A stretch of DNA of 63,696 nucleotides, the filler included, from Choristocarpus tenellus KU-1152 (Eukaryota; Protista; Phaeophyceae), in the NCBI GenBank assembly GCA_964200185.2. It is 14 parts of 14 records of this genome, joined end to end, with 100 filler letters (N's around TTAATTAATTAA, not from the genome) between each part and the next. Parts side by side here need not be neighbours in the genome. Positions count along the whole stretch, not along the records: positions 25,103 to 31,618 come from CAXNAD020007960.1; positions 31,719 to 34,775 come from CAXNAD020022627.1; positions 34,876 to 37,991 come from CAXNAD020022215.1; positions 38,092 to 41,721 come from CAXNAD020018848.1; 10 more parts are not named here. One strand, written 5' to 3'. The notes under the pieces were generated by a model. That model worked only from the letters and a program-made list of their open reading frames with translations, had not been told where the DNA came from and made no database searches. The position numbers and the translations under genes are program-made. Below are positions 25,699 to 38,830 of the stretch, in pieces (position 1 is the first letter of the stretch; every line of letters starts with the position of its first letter).

Positions 25699-27483
25699 AC
25701 CGCTGACCATGGATATACGGAATACTATATGGGTAAATGTTTCCAACTTATTAAAGTTAAGAGACACCAACATGACACTCTATAATGATCATGTTACCCA
25801 GAATCCTACTAGGGCTTTCACAACGTATTAGCTTTTAAGGTGAAGTGATACTTTTTCTTAACTATCCGTAGAACAACAAGGGAACAGAGTAGTGTATGTA
25901 GTTACAGCTGTAGTAACCTAAGATTTGAACACAACATTTTTTTCCTACTAAACCTCAACAGTACAATTGGTCTACCATTTAAATATATTTTATGTCATTA
26001 GCAGACTAGAGTTCTAGATAGTGTTGTTTGTAAGAAGACATAAGCATTGCATACTTGCTTTCTTGTGTGTGTGGAGAAAAGCAGGCAGGTCCTCCTTTTT
26101 CTAGTGCATGAAGCAGTTGGTTGATGTGCAGCTGGCATGAGGGAATGATTTCACACAGAGAGGAGTGGCAAACGTAATGACAGAGGCCAGATGCGAGGAG
26201 TAGATTCGCACATATTTGATTAACTAGACGAGCAGCAAGTAGAACTCCGTTCTTAATTCACACTGTGAGGTAAGGGATGAACGTGTATTGATGTAAAAAA
26301 GTTAAGTTTCATTTTAGCTGTTCCAGCCGTCTGTATGACGTTTATGTTCACAACAGCGATCAAGACCATTCTTGCCCATATATTAGAACAAAACGGTTCC
26401 TCTTTCAACCACTTATTCTAATATATCATTGTAGATTCGTTAAGTTGTGGTACAATCAGTGGTTGAATTCAATGGATACTAGTAGGCACATTACAATAGT
26501 AGGGTCCCTATTAATGCTAAACAATGTACCAGATGTAACAGGTGACTGTCAGCATATATGGACAAGAGTATTGCAGCATCATCTTCCAAGTTTGTAAGAA
26601 TCACACAAGAGATGCTCCGTAGATACAGGAGTAAATGAGCTACTAAAAACTAAAAAAAATATCGATAAAAGTAAAGAAAACTCTTGCACCCAAGTCACAT
26701 CAGCAGGGGATATTTTGTGAGACAAACTCTTCCAGGGTACCAACTTCCAAGAATTCCATACCAGTTCGTCACATCTATTTGCATTCCTGTGCTCTTCACA
26801 GTGCCGTACTAGTACCATTAACCCTTGATGGCCTCCTAGGCAACTTCTGGAGGGAGAAAAAGCAGGACAATAATCCTTGTCCGCCCTGGGTTCTTTCCGA
26901 GGTGTTAGCTTTGGAGCTCGAAACCTGAGTGTGTGTCCTTGGTGTCAGGTCTCATCAACAGTTCTTAAAAACCTGAACTCCATCCAAAATCTTGTGTTCT
27001 ACAGGCCGTGCTTGGTTGTTTTCAAGACCATAGAATATCCCAATGTGAGTCTAAAACGGTACACGGCGCTATGTCTCCGTCTATCTGACCAATAGCAATA
27101 CTTCGAAGTATGTAATATAAATATTTCACATACCAGCAACAGATGTAAATGTACTTTGAATGACAGCACGACCACCACTTCAAGTACTCAAAAGGTATCT
27201 TGCCCTGACTTTTCCGTTTCCGCATTCCACCAATTCTTCTGGCCCACCCAACTTCTACAAACTTCCTTCCCCAATTCTACTACCTAAGTGCTCCGGAGTG
27301 GTAGTGTACAGATCTTGATCTGTGTCCACTGCACGCTCATCAATCGCAGGAGATTTGTATGGTACGCCCAAGGGATTCTTCTTACTATAATTGGAATTCT
27401 GTTCTTATTGTGTGTGTCCCTACTCATCATACCCACCGCTGTTATAATCTTTCTCATCAATAAGATGCTTCCATCAATTCCCC

Positions 27484-30400
27484 TCACTCAACAGTATCAA
27501 GTGGGCAATCAAACGTTGCCACACCACTGTTAATGTTGTACCTGCACCAGACGTGGAAAGCACCAAGGAGAGCAGTGAATGTCAAGGATTGTTATAACAA
27601 TAATGATTTTCTGCTTGATTGATGGAGCTCTACTGACCATAGTCTACCTGGACCAAAACGCTGCTAATATTGAATTCGCTGGCAGCGTAGGTAAGGGATT
27701 GGAGAACTTTGAGGGTTACTATAATTCGAGGAATGTTTTATCGAAAGCAATGGTTAAGGCAGAACCATCTGAAGTCAAGGGAAAGTCCCTTGGGGTTGGA
27801 GAATTGAAGGGACTGATATTGATAACAAGAGTATTTTAGCTAAGATTGAACTACTCCTGTACAGTCAGTACTTAGGATTGGTCTTGTAGAATGGAATTGA
27901 ACTCACAATATTTTTCAATCAAGGTGAACAAAAGAAATGGAGCCCAAGGACCCAGATGTTTGTTGAGAAAAGTATGTTTCCCCAATGATGATGTCTTGGT
28001 TAAGGTCGCATTATGTATAAACGTGCTATTAAAGTAAAATAACTAGCATAGTTACTCCTACTTTTTGTTTTGATAGTTATACCTCAAAGGTGCTGATCTC
28101 TCATCCTCAATTTGTGATACAGCAGCCAATACTAGACCACAGTTGTGTTAGAACTTCTGACACCATCTATATGCTTCTTTCCCTTATAGTAATAAATCAA
28201 TTGTCAACAACAAATAGCAAATATCTTCCCTATCCGAGACAAGCCTTAAGCATGATGACACTACCCTGTTTTTGCCTTAAAGAAAACTCACCAATAGGTG
28301 TAGCCGTTCTCATCATGAAGCTCACTCCATCCATTTTTGTCGGCACCTTGAAGAACATTCCACCCACTGGGAGAATGATGCCAGTACGTTGAACCATTAT
28401 GATTCACTTCTTCAGTCCATTCCTATGGTTGGTAGGGGAGGGGGTCATAAGAGGGTAGTGACAACAATCATTCTGACATCGTAGTAGGATATTACTCATC
28501 AAGACCAATGCTAGTACCAATTGCACAACTATCTTACCCACATTCACGAACCAGTTTTGACAAGTTATCCATGGGCACCCAGTCATTTTCTTGTCAACCA
28601 ATAAGCGACAGACACAATAGAGGAAGGTATACATATTGTCTTGCCACTTCACCTAGTGCTAGACTCATAGTCGACTTTTCCATGTTGCATGTGCTGTAGC
28701 TATCTGATGATAGCTACTCTGAGCACATCATCATGGTCCTAACCCTACACTTGTAAATTGTTCCACTCGGTGTTAGGAGACATATTACACACCACCCTAG
28801 TACTGTTTGTTGGACCCTTGCTCCTCTAGCCAATAATGTACAAGGAGTGGTGGTTTCACAAGCATAGTGCAATCACACGTGATGCGGCGGTTTCCTACCC
28901 ATGTTTCCTACCCATGCACATTTGCACACCTGGGTCAAGGTAATGTCCCCATAGCACAATGAATGTCTTAGCAACGTGCACGATAAATAATTTTCTGCAC
29001 AGTAGACTTTGCGATCAAATGCCCCCTAACATTGTCCTGAACAGTGTATATTTTCAGAGCAATTAGCACCCAAGCATCGTCCACTACAACAGATCTGTTA
29101 TAGGGCAAATATGCTATAGTATTTTGCTAGATAACTATTGGTATGGACAAATGGTGCTGAATGTTCCCCTCATAACAAGAATTGGACGCAGGCCTACTAG
29201 TTCTAGACAACGACATTCTTTGCAGAGCTAATGGACTCAAGTAACATATGGGCAACGGGCTTTATAGAGCAACCAGCCCCTACGTGTTGTTCTGGTAAAT
29301 AATCTTACAGTGCAAATCGGTCCTACCATTTTACTCTTTAACAGACATGACAGCCCAAATATATGGTCAAATGTTTAAGGATGTTGATTAACATTGAGCA
29401 TTATGTTGTACCGGGTGATGACCCAAAGTACCTTAGATGGTAGAGCAGTGTCCATTTGGGGGCTACAATCCAATATTGTGCTTTCGATATAATTTTGGCT
29501 ATCGTGCTTGTTAGGAAATGTCAATATCCTTGTTCTGGACACACCTTTTCATAACGTGTACATTTTACCTAGTCCGAAATATTTTGGAATAGGAAAATGT
29601 CATAAAAAAACCCCATGGGAAGCCAAGTCCCAAACAGACAAACAGGGCAAAACTCGTACCCTCTAAGATACTTTCTCTCTGATCATATTTGACGCTCACA
29701 ACAAATATATTCCTCAGTATCTACACCCTTCCCAGTACTCTTACTGGTTCCCCTGCAGCTTCAAGCAGGCCTCTTTGGCCACCACATGGTATTTTCAATG
29801 GTGAAGATCATGCTGCTCATATTTCATTTCCTTGAAAATAGTCTGAAAATTCATCACTTGTGGATTCAACAAGGGGTTGCTTGTTGTGGGAGGAGGTTAA
29901 GCATAATGCATAAGCACAACAACACCTTCAGGTTATTTGTGCATGTACAAGCTGTGCTACCAACACTCAAAACTACCCCCATCCCCAAAATGAAAACTTT
30001 GCAGCAGGGTGCAAAAACCGAAGACTCTTGAGTGCTTGCTACTCACCGAGTTGTCATAGGAATTCACTGGTGATATCTCAGTTTCTCCTCCTTTGTTCCA
30101 CAAAGAGTCGTCTGGTTCTTCTTCCATTAAGAATTGTCGTTTTTCTTCTGAGAGCTGTTCAGCATCACCTCTTTCAGCATTTCTCTCACCACTAGTTCCA
30201 TTCTCCCCTCCTGTTGGTTCTATACCCAGAAGCAACTCATCAAGGTAACCTTGCTCAAAAGATACATCTTTAGGAGTACTATCTGAAGTTTGACTGTCCC
30301 CTTCATTCCCATGGAGTCCGAGGGATTCATAGGAAGAGAGAGGTTCAACGTTTCTACCAGTCCAGGTGGTAGCCTGGGAGGTAATACATCCATCAGATGA

Positions 30401-30505
30401 AATAGAATAGTAGGTGTGCTTGCTGCGTTTACCCCTTGAGTGTAGGGCTGCCCAGCAAGATGTGCACAATGGATCACTGCAGGATGTGCACCACATTGTT
30501 GCCAC
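27484..30505 (-). CDS. B-box zinc finger + WW domain protein, 3' three exons
   Basis: Exon 30505-30047 has ATMWCTSCSDPLCTSCWAALHSRGKRSKH (B-box). Exon 28422-28292 has EWTEEVNHNGSTYWHHSPSG...GWSELHDENGYTYW. Exon 27541-27484 has YNINSGVATFDCPLDTVE*. All splice in phase and complete a WW domain across the intron. Confidence 0.85.
29420..29679 (+). mobile_element. MITE-A, complete, intronic
   Basis: TIRs present; perfect 4-bp TSD TGAT. Confidence 0.92.
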
Positions 30506-31025
30506 CTACACATATAAGTCATGGTGTTAAAACGAGTTGACCCATGGAGAGGGCAGGATTATTGAAAGAGTAGCCTTGCCTGTGTCATTGTAGCTCAGGA
30601 AGCGGTTGTATTTAAGGGAATGCAAGTAGTCAAGTAGTACCATAGTAACGCAACTCACCAAAAATAGGGGTAGGGGCTCCAGAAAGGCCCATGTGTAGTA
30701 CTGTTGATATCACCAAATCTGATTGTGGTATTCTAAAATCAAGTGATTTTGCCAATTGAACGATCACGTAGGGTTGCTCAATGTCTTGGTTACCACATAG
30801 TTCAGAGGCATTATTTCTAACTCTCTGAAAACATACAAAAGCTTATACAAGGGAATAGACCAATATTCTCATGTATAGTGCTTATCCATATTCAAGTATA
30901 GAACATTTGTTGACCTTCTATAGGTGAAGGATTTCTTTGGTTGGCAAGGACTTAGTGGGGACACACAGGGATTGTATAGGAATGGCTGTTCTTTTTATAC
31001 CTGTGCTTGCCGAGTTGTGGCCATT

Positions 31026-31286
31026 GAGTGAAAGTATCTTAGGGTTAGGGTACGATTTTTGCCCTGTTGTCCGTTTGGGGCTTGGCTTCCCATGGGCTTT
31101 TTATTGCATTTTCCTACTCCAAAATGTTTCGGATTAGATAAAACGTGTATGTTATGAAAAGGTTTGTCCAGAACAAGGATATTGACACTTCCCAACAAAC
31201 ACGATTGTCAAAATTTCATCAAAATCGTAACATTGCATTTTGGCCCTCAAACGGATGCGGCTCTACCCTCTAAGATGCTTTGACTC
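31026..31286 (-). mobile_element. MITE-A, complete, with TTAGGGTTAGGG in one TIR
   Basis: Reverse-orientation copy flanked by ATT/ATT. Confidence 0.9.
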
Positions 31287-31404
31287 ATTAACAGGTCTGA
31301 CTCGACCATAAGGAATCCAACGATCACCTCGCCACACATTCATTTATCTTGTGGAAGAAGTTCTTCGTATTAAATACTCATAATGTACCATTTCGTAGGT
31401 TTTG

Positions 31405-31600
31405 GGCTCGAAGTATCTGGGGGGGGTGGCAGCTGTCAATTTGGCGGCTGTCAATTTGGGGCCAATTTTTTCCACGTCGCGATTTTTGGATGGTTTGGTT
31501 GCATACATCGGATGGATAATGTAAGTGCACTTTTCCTGGTTATGGTCCAAATGGACACCCTGGTGTAGACCCCCCCCCTCCCCCCCAGATACTTTGGGTC
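31405..31600 (+). mobile_element. MITE-B, complete
   Basis: GGCTCGAAGTATCTGGGG...CCCCAGATACTTTGGGTC, TSD TTTG, internal 15-bp duplication. Confidence 0.9.
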
Positions 31601-31719
31601 TTTGGTTAGCAACCAACANNNNNNNNNNNNNNNNNNNNNNNNNNNNNNNNNNNNNNNNNNNNTTAATTAATTAANNNNNNNNNNNNNNNNNNNNNNNNNN
31701 NNNNNNNNNNNNNNNNNNC

Positions 31720-31930
31720 GTTGAGGAGATGGTGAAGGTCATTAAGGAACAGTATGAGGAGTATGATGAAACCACACTTAAGAGGGCTTGACAGCTCCTT
31801 TTTCTGGTGTACAATCAAGTACTTAGTATAAAGGGGGGAATGACTTCAGTGTGGAGCATGCAGTGGTAAGGAAGAGGCCGGTTGTCTGGTGAGCCTGAAA
31901 ACATGCCGAAGGTAGACATGGAGTCTTTTT
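31720..31930 (+). pseudogene. C-terminal remnant of a mariner-like (DD39D/plant-mariner type) transposase
   Basis: VEEMVKVIKEQYEEYDETTLKRA*QLLFLVYNQVLSIKGG/NDFSVEHAVVRKR resembles the ...ELxxAVxxAxxxY....L...F..L.......GGNx(Y/F)xxPH tail of these transposases. One stop and one frameshift. Confidence 0.65.
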
Positions 31931-33729
31931 TTTGTGGCTGATAAAATTGTGATGGATGGGGAGTAATGATAAAACAGCTGACCCTAACCAGACATTTGTC
32001 AAGGATTCCAAATCCAATGTACAAGCCAAGAAATAGGATATTTTGAGACAAAAATGTCCTCAATCCCTTCCAAAGTGATTCCACATATTAATATGAAATG
32101 GCATCATCGAAAACGACCAGGGAGTAGGCAGCTCAGCAATGTGAATCAAGATAACCGGCAGGAGTATCAGTTCCACATGGCACACTGATGTTATATTCTT
32201 GCCCACCACTGAAGTAGTAAGTAAGTCAGACACTAGCTTCAAAGTCATCACATGGAAGGAACCCATCTGTCTGTGTTAATGTTGCAAATATCTGTTGTTG
32301 TTTTTTAATTGCACCCCCATATACACACTCCTCCAAACTCAGTCCCAGATTCAACACCTCATGGGTGATTGCCATTTGCAGATCTTCCTAAAGAGATTGA
32401 TGTGATGATGGGTAAGGAGAAAATTGACAGACACTGCTGGTGCCACTCCTGGATGCTGTTCTATCATTCCCTACCTCCACTACCTCCTTGCAAGGAATGC
32501 ACTGTGCCTTTCAACTCTTCCCCTGCTCCCCCCCCCCCTGACTCTAGGCCTTGTTGATGGTCCCTAGTGCTCCATTCAACTCATGCCGAAAAGGATACAG
32601 CCAAATTCTCCGCATGCTGCATTTGCTTCACATCCCCTCCTACTGGTGCATGGCAGCTGGCAAATGACCCATTCCTTTTCCCTGCCACTACCATAGACAC
32701 ACCATGAAGTAATTGAGTAAGGGACGACTGAAACTTGCCCCGGTCTCCACTGTCACAGATATACACTGTTCATTGCAAGCTGAAAGCAGGATTACAGTAT
32801 AGCTTCCGCCTGTTTGTTCATAAAAATGTCCGTTGTGTGCATGATTGATGCACACAACCACAACTTTTGGACATCTCCGAAGGCACCTCCCTCATGAGCT
32901 CAGTGTCAAAGTAGGTAGAAACTTGGAAAGGATAACATCACATGACACACGGTCCACACTGCTGGATCCAGAGCATAAAATTGTGTGGAAGAGGGTTGCT
33001 GAAGTGTGTTTTAGGGCAGCTTTTCAGAGTGAAACTTTTGGACGATTTATTTTGGACCACAAGAGGTCTATAAAGAAATCAGTGTCTGAACAATGCTTCA
33101 GTTCCGTGCATTGCTTTAAAGTGCTACCGTAAAAATGATCCTTCCAATCATCCCCAAAGGAACCGTCCTTGACGGATTTAACCACCAATATTCAAAAAAT
33201 ATATTTCTTGAAAAGAACGGCATTCCAGCCAAAGCAAACAAGAGGTACTAAGGGTTGCATTTTAGGGATGCTGTCAAATGATTCGGTTTCTTGTGCAAAT
33301 GGACGTAGGGACCGTTACGAATTCTGTTGAAAATATTCAACAATAGAGAAATCAATGCAATCAAGTCAACCTTAGCAATTCATCCATAGAAATAAGGGTG
33401 AATACAACGCTGAATTTGTTTTGGAACAACCCATTCGGTCTGCATGGGTCCTAGCCTTCAAACAATACATCGGTCAAATCGAATAACGTACCCTATCTCC
33501 AGTTGCAGCTACTCAAATTGTGGAGGGCATTATATTAATAATATCATGCTGCATGAAACCATATACGCTGTAGGCCTTGCAACAACAGAACCAATCACCA
33601 AGCAAGGAGACGATGAAGACAGAGGATATCTTATTCCTGCATGCAGATAATCCACAAGTTGGGAACTACAATGCTCAATGTTAGCTTTACACTAGAATGT
33701 TCTCTCATATTCGGTCTGTAATGTGCATT

Positions 33730-33910
33730 GGCTCCAAGTATCTGAGAGAGGGTGGCCGCTGTCCATTCAGGGTTCATTTTTCCATATCACAACTTTTGGT
33801 TTATTTGGTTGCATGCGTGAGATGGATAATATGAGATCATTTCTCCTGGTCAGGGCCCGAATGGACACCCCCAGTGTAGACCATCCCTTCCCCCCCAGAT
33901 ACATTGAGTC
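33730..33910 (+). mobile_element. MITE-B, complete, 181 bp
   Basis: TIRs present; flanks ATT/ATT. Confidence 0.9.
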
Positions 33911-34474
33911 ATTATCCACGACAGCTTTCGAGCTATTTTTCTCTGTAGTGTCTGTGAACAGGACATTGTTCGATCCATTGTTCTGTAATACCTGCTGTCT
34001 AGCACAAACACTTGCACTTAACCTCCGTTGACAAGGTAAAGTTTGACTCCCTGTGTTCACCATCTGTTCCTCAGCAAAATAATGAAATCCAGAACACTAT
34101 TGGTTCTGTTTGCTCAATATGATTCCGCAAAAGCAGCCCCCTTAGAAACTATTCTTTTAGACAGTGTAGTTATTGTAGAGAAAGCAACAAATGGAAAAGA
34201 TGAAATAATACAAACCCCCCCCAAAATATACTTCTGTTGTGCTTGCTCATACTGTTTGATGTCCAGCAAAGATCCTGGCCCTTTTGCTTCTTAACGTCTG
34301 ATGTCTAAGACGTCCCCTGCAGAATGCTGCAGAGCTACAGGTTAATGACATGATACGAGCGACCCATCATTTTTCAAATTAGAGACTTTGGATCGGAACA
34401 AATTTGTTATCCTCTTGTTGTATGATGCTTACATTATCGTCATTTGTTCCCGTAACATATAAAATTGTGGTCAA

Positions 34475-34775
34475 GAGCCAAATTATCTTAGAGGGTAGAA
34501 CCGCGTCCATTTGGGGGCCAAAATCCAATGTTGTGATTTCAATGCAATTTTGACTATCGGGTTTGTTAGGAAGTGTCGATATCCTTGTTCCGGACACACC
34601 TTTTCATAAAATATACATTTTACCTACTACGTAACACTTTGGAGTAGGAAAATGTCATAAAAAACCCATGGGAAGCCAAGCCCCAAACTAAGAGGGCAAA
34701 AATCGTAACCAAAGTATCTGGGAGGGGGTGGTGGCTGTCCATTTGGGGCCAATTTTTTCAGATCACGATTTTTGG
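34475..34775 (+). mobile_element. MITE-A with MITE-B inserted at its right end (~34706), truncated by the contig end
   Basis: A sequence runs to GGGCAAAAATCGT, then switches to ACCAAAGTATCTGGGAGGGGGTGGTGGCTGTCCATTTGGGG. Confidence 0.85.
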
Positions 34776-36855
34776 NNNNNNNNNNNNNNNNNNNNNNNNN
34801 NNNNNNNNNNNNNNNNNNNTTAATTAATTAANNNNNNNNNNNNNNNNNNNNNNNNNNNNNNNNNNNNNNNNNNNNGCCTCGTACATAGTGCTTCGCCCAC
34901 CCCCAGATCATCTCTATAGGGTTCAATTCACAGTGTCCTGTGAGGGGCAGGCCACAACTCGGAGCTCATTATGCGTCACATTGCCCTGCGAGTGGCTTAA
35001 ACAGTATCAAGCCGAGGTCCGCCCACGTACCGTTTTGGGGGTTACCAATTTTGATTTTTTTGAAAAGGTTGACCAACGAGTTAATCGGCGATCAGCATGT
35101 CGAATGAAAGTTGTGGATCTAGGCTATCGATTTACGCAAAGGAATTCTTTCGAAAAAATAGTTTTGGTCGTGATAATCCATTCCGAAACATTTTCAAGGT
35201 TGTACCAAAAACATTCGGTTAAAATTTGACCTTACCAAAATAATTTTGCAAATAATTACTTTCCGGAAATCAATAGCTTAGATCAAGGGCTTTCATTCGA
35301 TATGCTGATCATCATTTTACTCGTTGGCCAACCTTTTCAAATAAATCGAGACCGGTCTGATCCTAGAGGTGACTGCCAACACTATACATTCATATTGTCC
35401 TATCATATTAATACACGGTTTCACAAAAAAACCCCGGAAGGTTGGCCAATATGGAATTTGGGTGTATGCCATCTCCGAAGGAGTAATAAAATCCGACACC
35501 AACATAAAACCAGTTCATGAAGTAAGAGGAGGGGTTGAAGGAAGGTGTTGTGATTTGAATTTTGAAACAGAGAAGGATGGTGACTTCCACATATACTAAG
35601 AAACGAACATTCATGTCAAGTACGGTTTGCATTGTCACGCATTTAAATTAATAAGTTGGTGTACAGGAAATCAGATTGAGTTGTGGTTGGATGGTTTTGT
35701 CTAGTGAAGGTATATTACATTGTCGAGGTGGTTGCTTGGTCTTCATCCCTGGATGTGTTGTTCATGTAGGCGTTGAACATGATGATCTTGCACCGTTGGT
35801 TTAAGAATGTACTGGATGGTTGTTGCAGTGGTGGGAATGGGAATCTACACTTCAGAAGTCCGACATTCGACACATGAACCATTATCTGTTCACCTGATGC
35901 TTGTGCAGCAGAGACCTCCGTCCTTATTTTTTGCCAAGGAAAGGGGAGGATGCAAGCGTCGTAGTATCGCTATACTACGTACCATATTATTGAGCCAAAG
36001 TATATGAGATGTACCCAGAGTTGCATTATAAGGATACGACAAATTTATCCAAAATCTGACTTAAATTTTACAAATGCTGGTAGGAAATTTTCTGAATTCT
36101 GTCGAAAATTTTCAAACAATACAGAAATCAACGCTCTCAAATCAAACTCAGCACTTCATCCATAGAAATATGGGTGAACTGCAAAAGATTGAAAACTGAC
36201 ACTAAATAATGCAAATTGGTCGAATCTCAGGTACTTCTCGCATACTCTGACTAATATGCCTAGTACCTACTGACATGTTGCGGAGATGGTTATGAAGAAA
36301 AACAAGAAACGTAAAGAAAAGAAAAGCGGGGAAGAAGCATCGTGTAGAGAATACAACATACACAAGAACGACAGGAGGGGACTTGATATTTAGCTGGAGT
36401 ATATTCACTCTTGCTACCACTATTCTTCGGGAATATCATTTTTTCTGGTCCTGATCACGTCACAGTTCTCTACGTACGGTGCAGATAGTAGTTTTGGTAG
36501 TTAGTTTGTTACATTGTCTTAGCTTCATCACTCTTGGATCCTCCCCTTTTCTTTGTAAAAGCTTATCTGGAGACGGAGGTCTTCCCTGCTTAAAACATCA
36601 GGTGAATAAATGGGTCATCATGTATGTGTCGAATGTCAGAAAACTTCTTCTGGAGTGTCAATTCCTGCTTTCTGCAATCAACTTGTACACCTTACAACTA
36701 TCTGCGATAGGGCATTGAGTTCGATGACCCTGCGTCAACAACACATACGAGAGTGATCTCCGCACAACACCTTCAACAATGCAACATACCTTCACCCGAC
36801 TTAACCACAACCTTAACCTCCTTCCCAAATTCTCAATCCTGCAAACCTAATCAAA

Positions 36856-36998
36856 TAACAGCCGATTTCAAAAATTGAGGATGGAGCTTTTCATTAACCA
36901 CATAAAAAAAAACATATCGACACTTTATCCTAGTCAATTTTGGGTCAAGCCCATCCTCAATGAAAAGCTCCATCCTCAATTTTTGAAATCGGCTGTTA
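36856..36998. mobile_element. 143-bp foldback element with perfect 40-bp inverted arms (Tc1/mariner-type MITE candidate)
   Basis: 36856-36895 (TAACAGCCGATTTCAAAAATTGAGGATGGAGCTTTTCATT) is the exact reverse complement of 36959-36998. TA at both outer ends. Confidence 0.8.
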
Positions 36999-37362
36999 AG
37001 TACTCAAAATCAAATATTCAAAACCGCAACACTCGTCTTTCATCGTCAACCTCTCCACCCTCTCCACCCCCTCCACCCTACTTGACTGGGTTCTGTGTAG
37101 GGTCTAGGAGTATAGTCAGGGTATATATATTTGGCATATTAAATATTCTATTGTAGGTGAAGTATAGTACTTGGTATTATTATTATGAAAATATTAAAGC
37201 GATATCTCCACAAAAAAAAACTACACGTACATACAGTAAAGAAAATTAAAAGTTTCTCAAGAGTTTAATCTACAGAAGAACTGGAAACCGTCAAGGTTTC
37301 TGAAGGACAAAACTTTGTGACATATTTGCCAAGAGCGAGTATCGAGCGATGTATCTATAGTT

Positions 37363-37933
37363 TCAAAAATCTCGAACATGGTCAAGCTCAGGGGGGAAGC
37401 ATCCTGGCGGCGGATTCTCCCCTTGATTCAGGGGGTATTCATACAGCGGGTGAGACAACTGAACCTCGACTTCGCTGGATCTAACTACCTTCGTAAACAC
37501 TAGCATACACTCGCCTGGTTCTCGTTGCGCGAGCATGCAGCGATTGTTCCTGTAGCTAGTTCTCCTAAGTTCCCTAGTGAAGGCTTCATACCCTCTGAGT
37601 TTACTCTATGGCGATATGGCTCTTTGCCTCGGTAGTCTGCCGTGCGGTGTATCTGTGCCAAACCCCACTGTGGCGCGTAACTTTGGTGCCTCGATATGTC
37701 CAGATCCCATACATACACTTCTCCTAGCCAATGCACCACTTTATGAAACTATGTTCCTTTCACAGGATTAATGTGATCACAGAGCCCCTTTCATAACTTG
37801 CTCGGTCTTCACTTCTGCGGCAGTTCGCGAACCGGTACCAGTCGCAAAAATCCACTGTACTCACCCTTGTCCTCCACTTGAATTCTAAACCTCGTGGTGG
37901 AGGTGCACTCTGTACCGTGACTGAATGTATGCC
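37363..37933 (-). CDS. Probable 3' end of an unknown gene (three exons)
   Basis: Exons 37933-37865, 37723-37605 and 37488-37363 join in phase: HTFSHGTECTSTTRFRIQVEDKGEVYVWDLDISRHQSYAPQWGLAQIHRTADYRGKEPYRHRVVRSSEVEVQLSHPLYEYPLNQGENPPPGCFPPELDHVRDF*. Family not recognised. Confidence 0.45.
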
Positions 37934-38830
37934 CTGGTTAAAACAAGCTTATTATTTAGTCAGAACCAAAGTATCTGAAAGGGGGGGGGGGNNNNNNNNN
38001 NNNNNNNNNNNNNNNNNNNNNNNNNNNNNNNNNNNTTAATTAATTAANNNNNNNNNNNNNNNNNNNNNNNNNNNNNNNNNNNNNNNNNNNNCCCCCCTCT
38101 CTCCTCGTTTTTTATATTTTGAGGATTTTTTTTTTACATCGTATGGTTAACAAATCACTCAACCACGGACGGACGGCCCTCAGAGTGGGACTTTTTTTTA
38201 CTGCTTCACTCTCGAGCTGTTCCATCACTTTCTTGTGTGTTGGCTGCATACTACATGGTATATACAGAGAGAGAAAGAGACCCAACTAGTTCCCCGGCTT
38301 CCCGATCATGGAAAAAATCACTTTAAGTACCAAGGTGTAAGTCCACCCTCAACAGTACAAACATAGGGCTGGTCTCTAGTTGCACCACCTCTCTCAAAAA
38401 ACGATACCAACCTTCCCGCGACGCGAAATTTAATCAACCGTCAAGTCAGAGTAGCCCTCATGACTCACTACGAACGAACAACTACGCAGAGCTCTATGTG
38501 TTCACTGCTACACAAGTCTTGTATCAAAGAAGCTGCTGTATAAGAAGGTCCATTTAGTATTATTGGTTAACAGAGTCAATTCCTACCTGTTTCTTGATAA
38601 AAAAAAAGAGTATGCCGTACACACCACCGAGTACACTTCAACAAACGCCTGCCGATGCAGCATTTTTTGAAAGCAATACAGAATCCGTGGCCCTTGCGTA
38701 TGTTGCCTCCTCTCCTAATTCTGATCATAATGTTTCATTCTCCCTCATGACAACGGCATTCATCAAATGCCAATGGATATTACATACATTCACATCACCC
38801 GTTGATCAGAACGAAAAAGAGAGGGTATAC

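Noticed and set aside
27150-27480. Chromodomain-like peptide EELVGMRKRKSQGKIPFEYLKWW
   Set aside because: Short, stop-interrupted, downstream of the B-box/WW stop, with no integrase upstream; cannot be supported.
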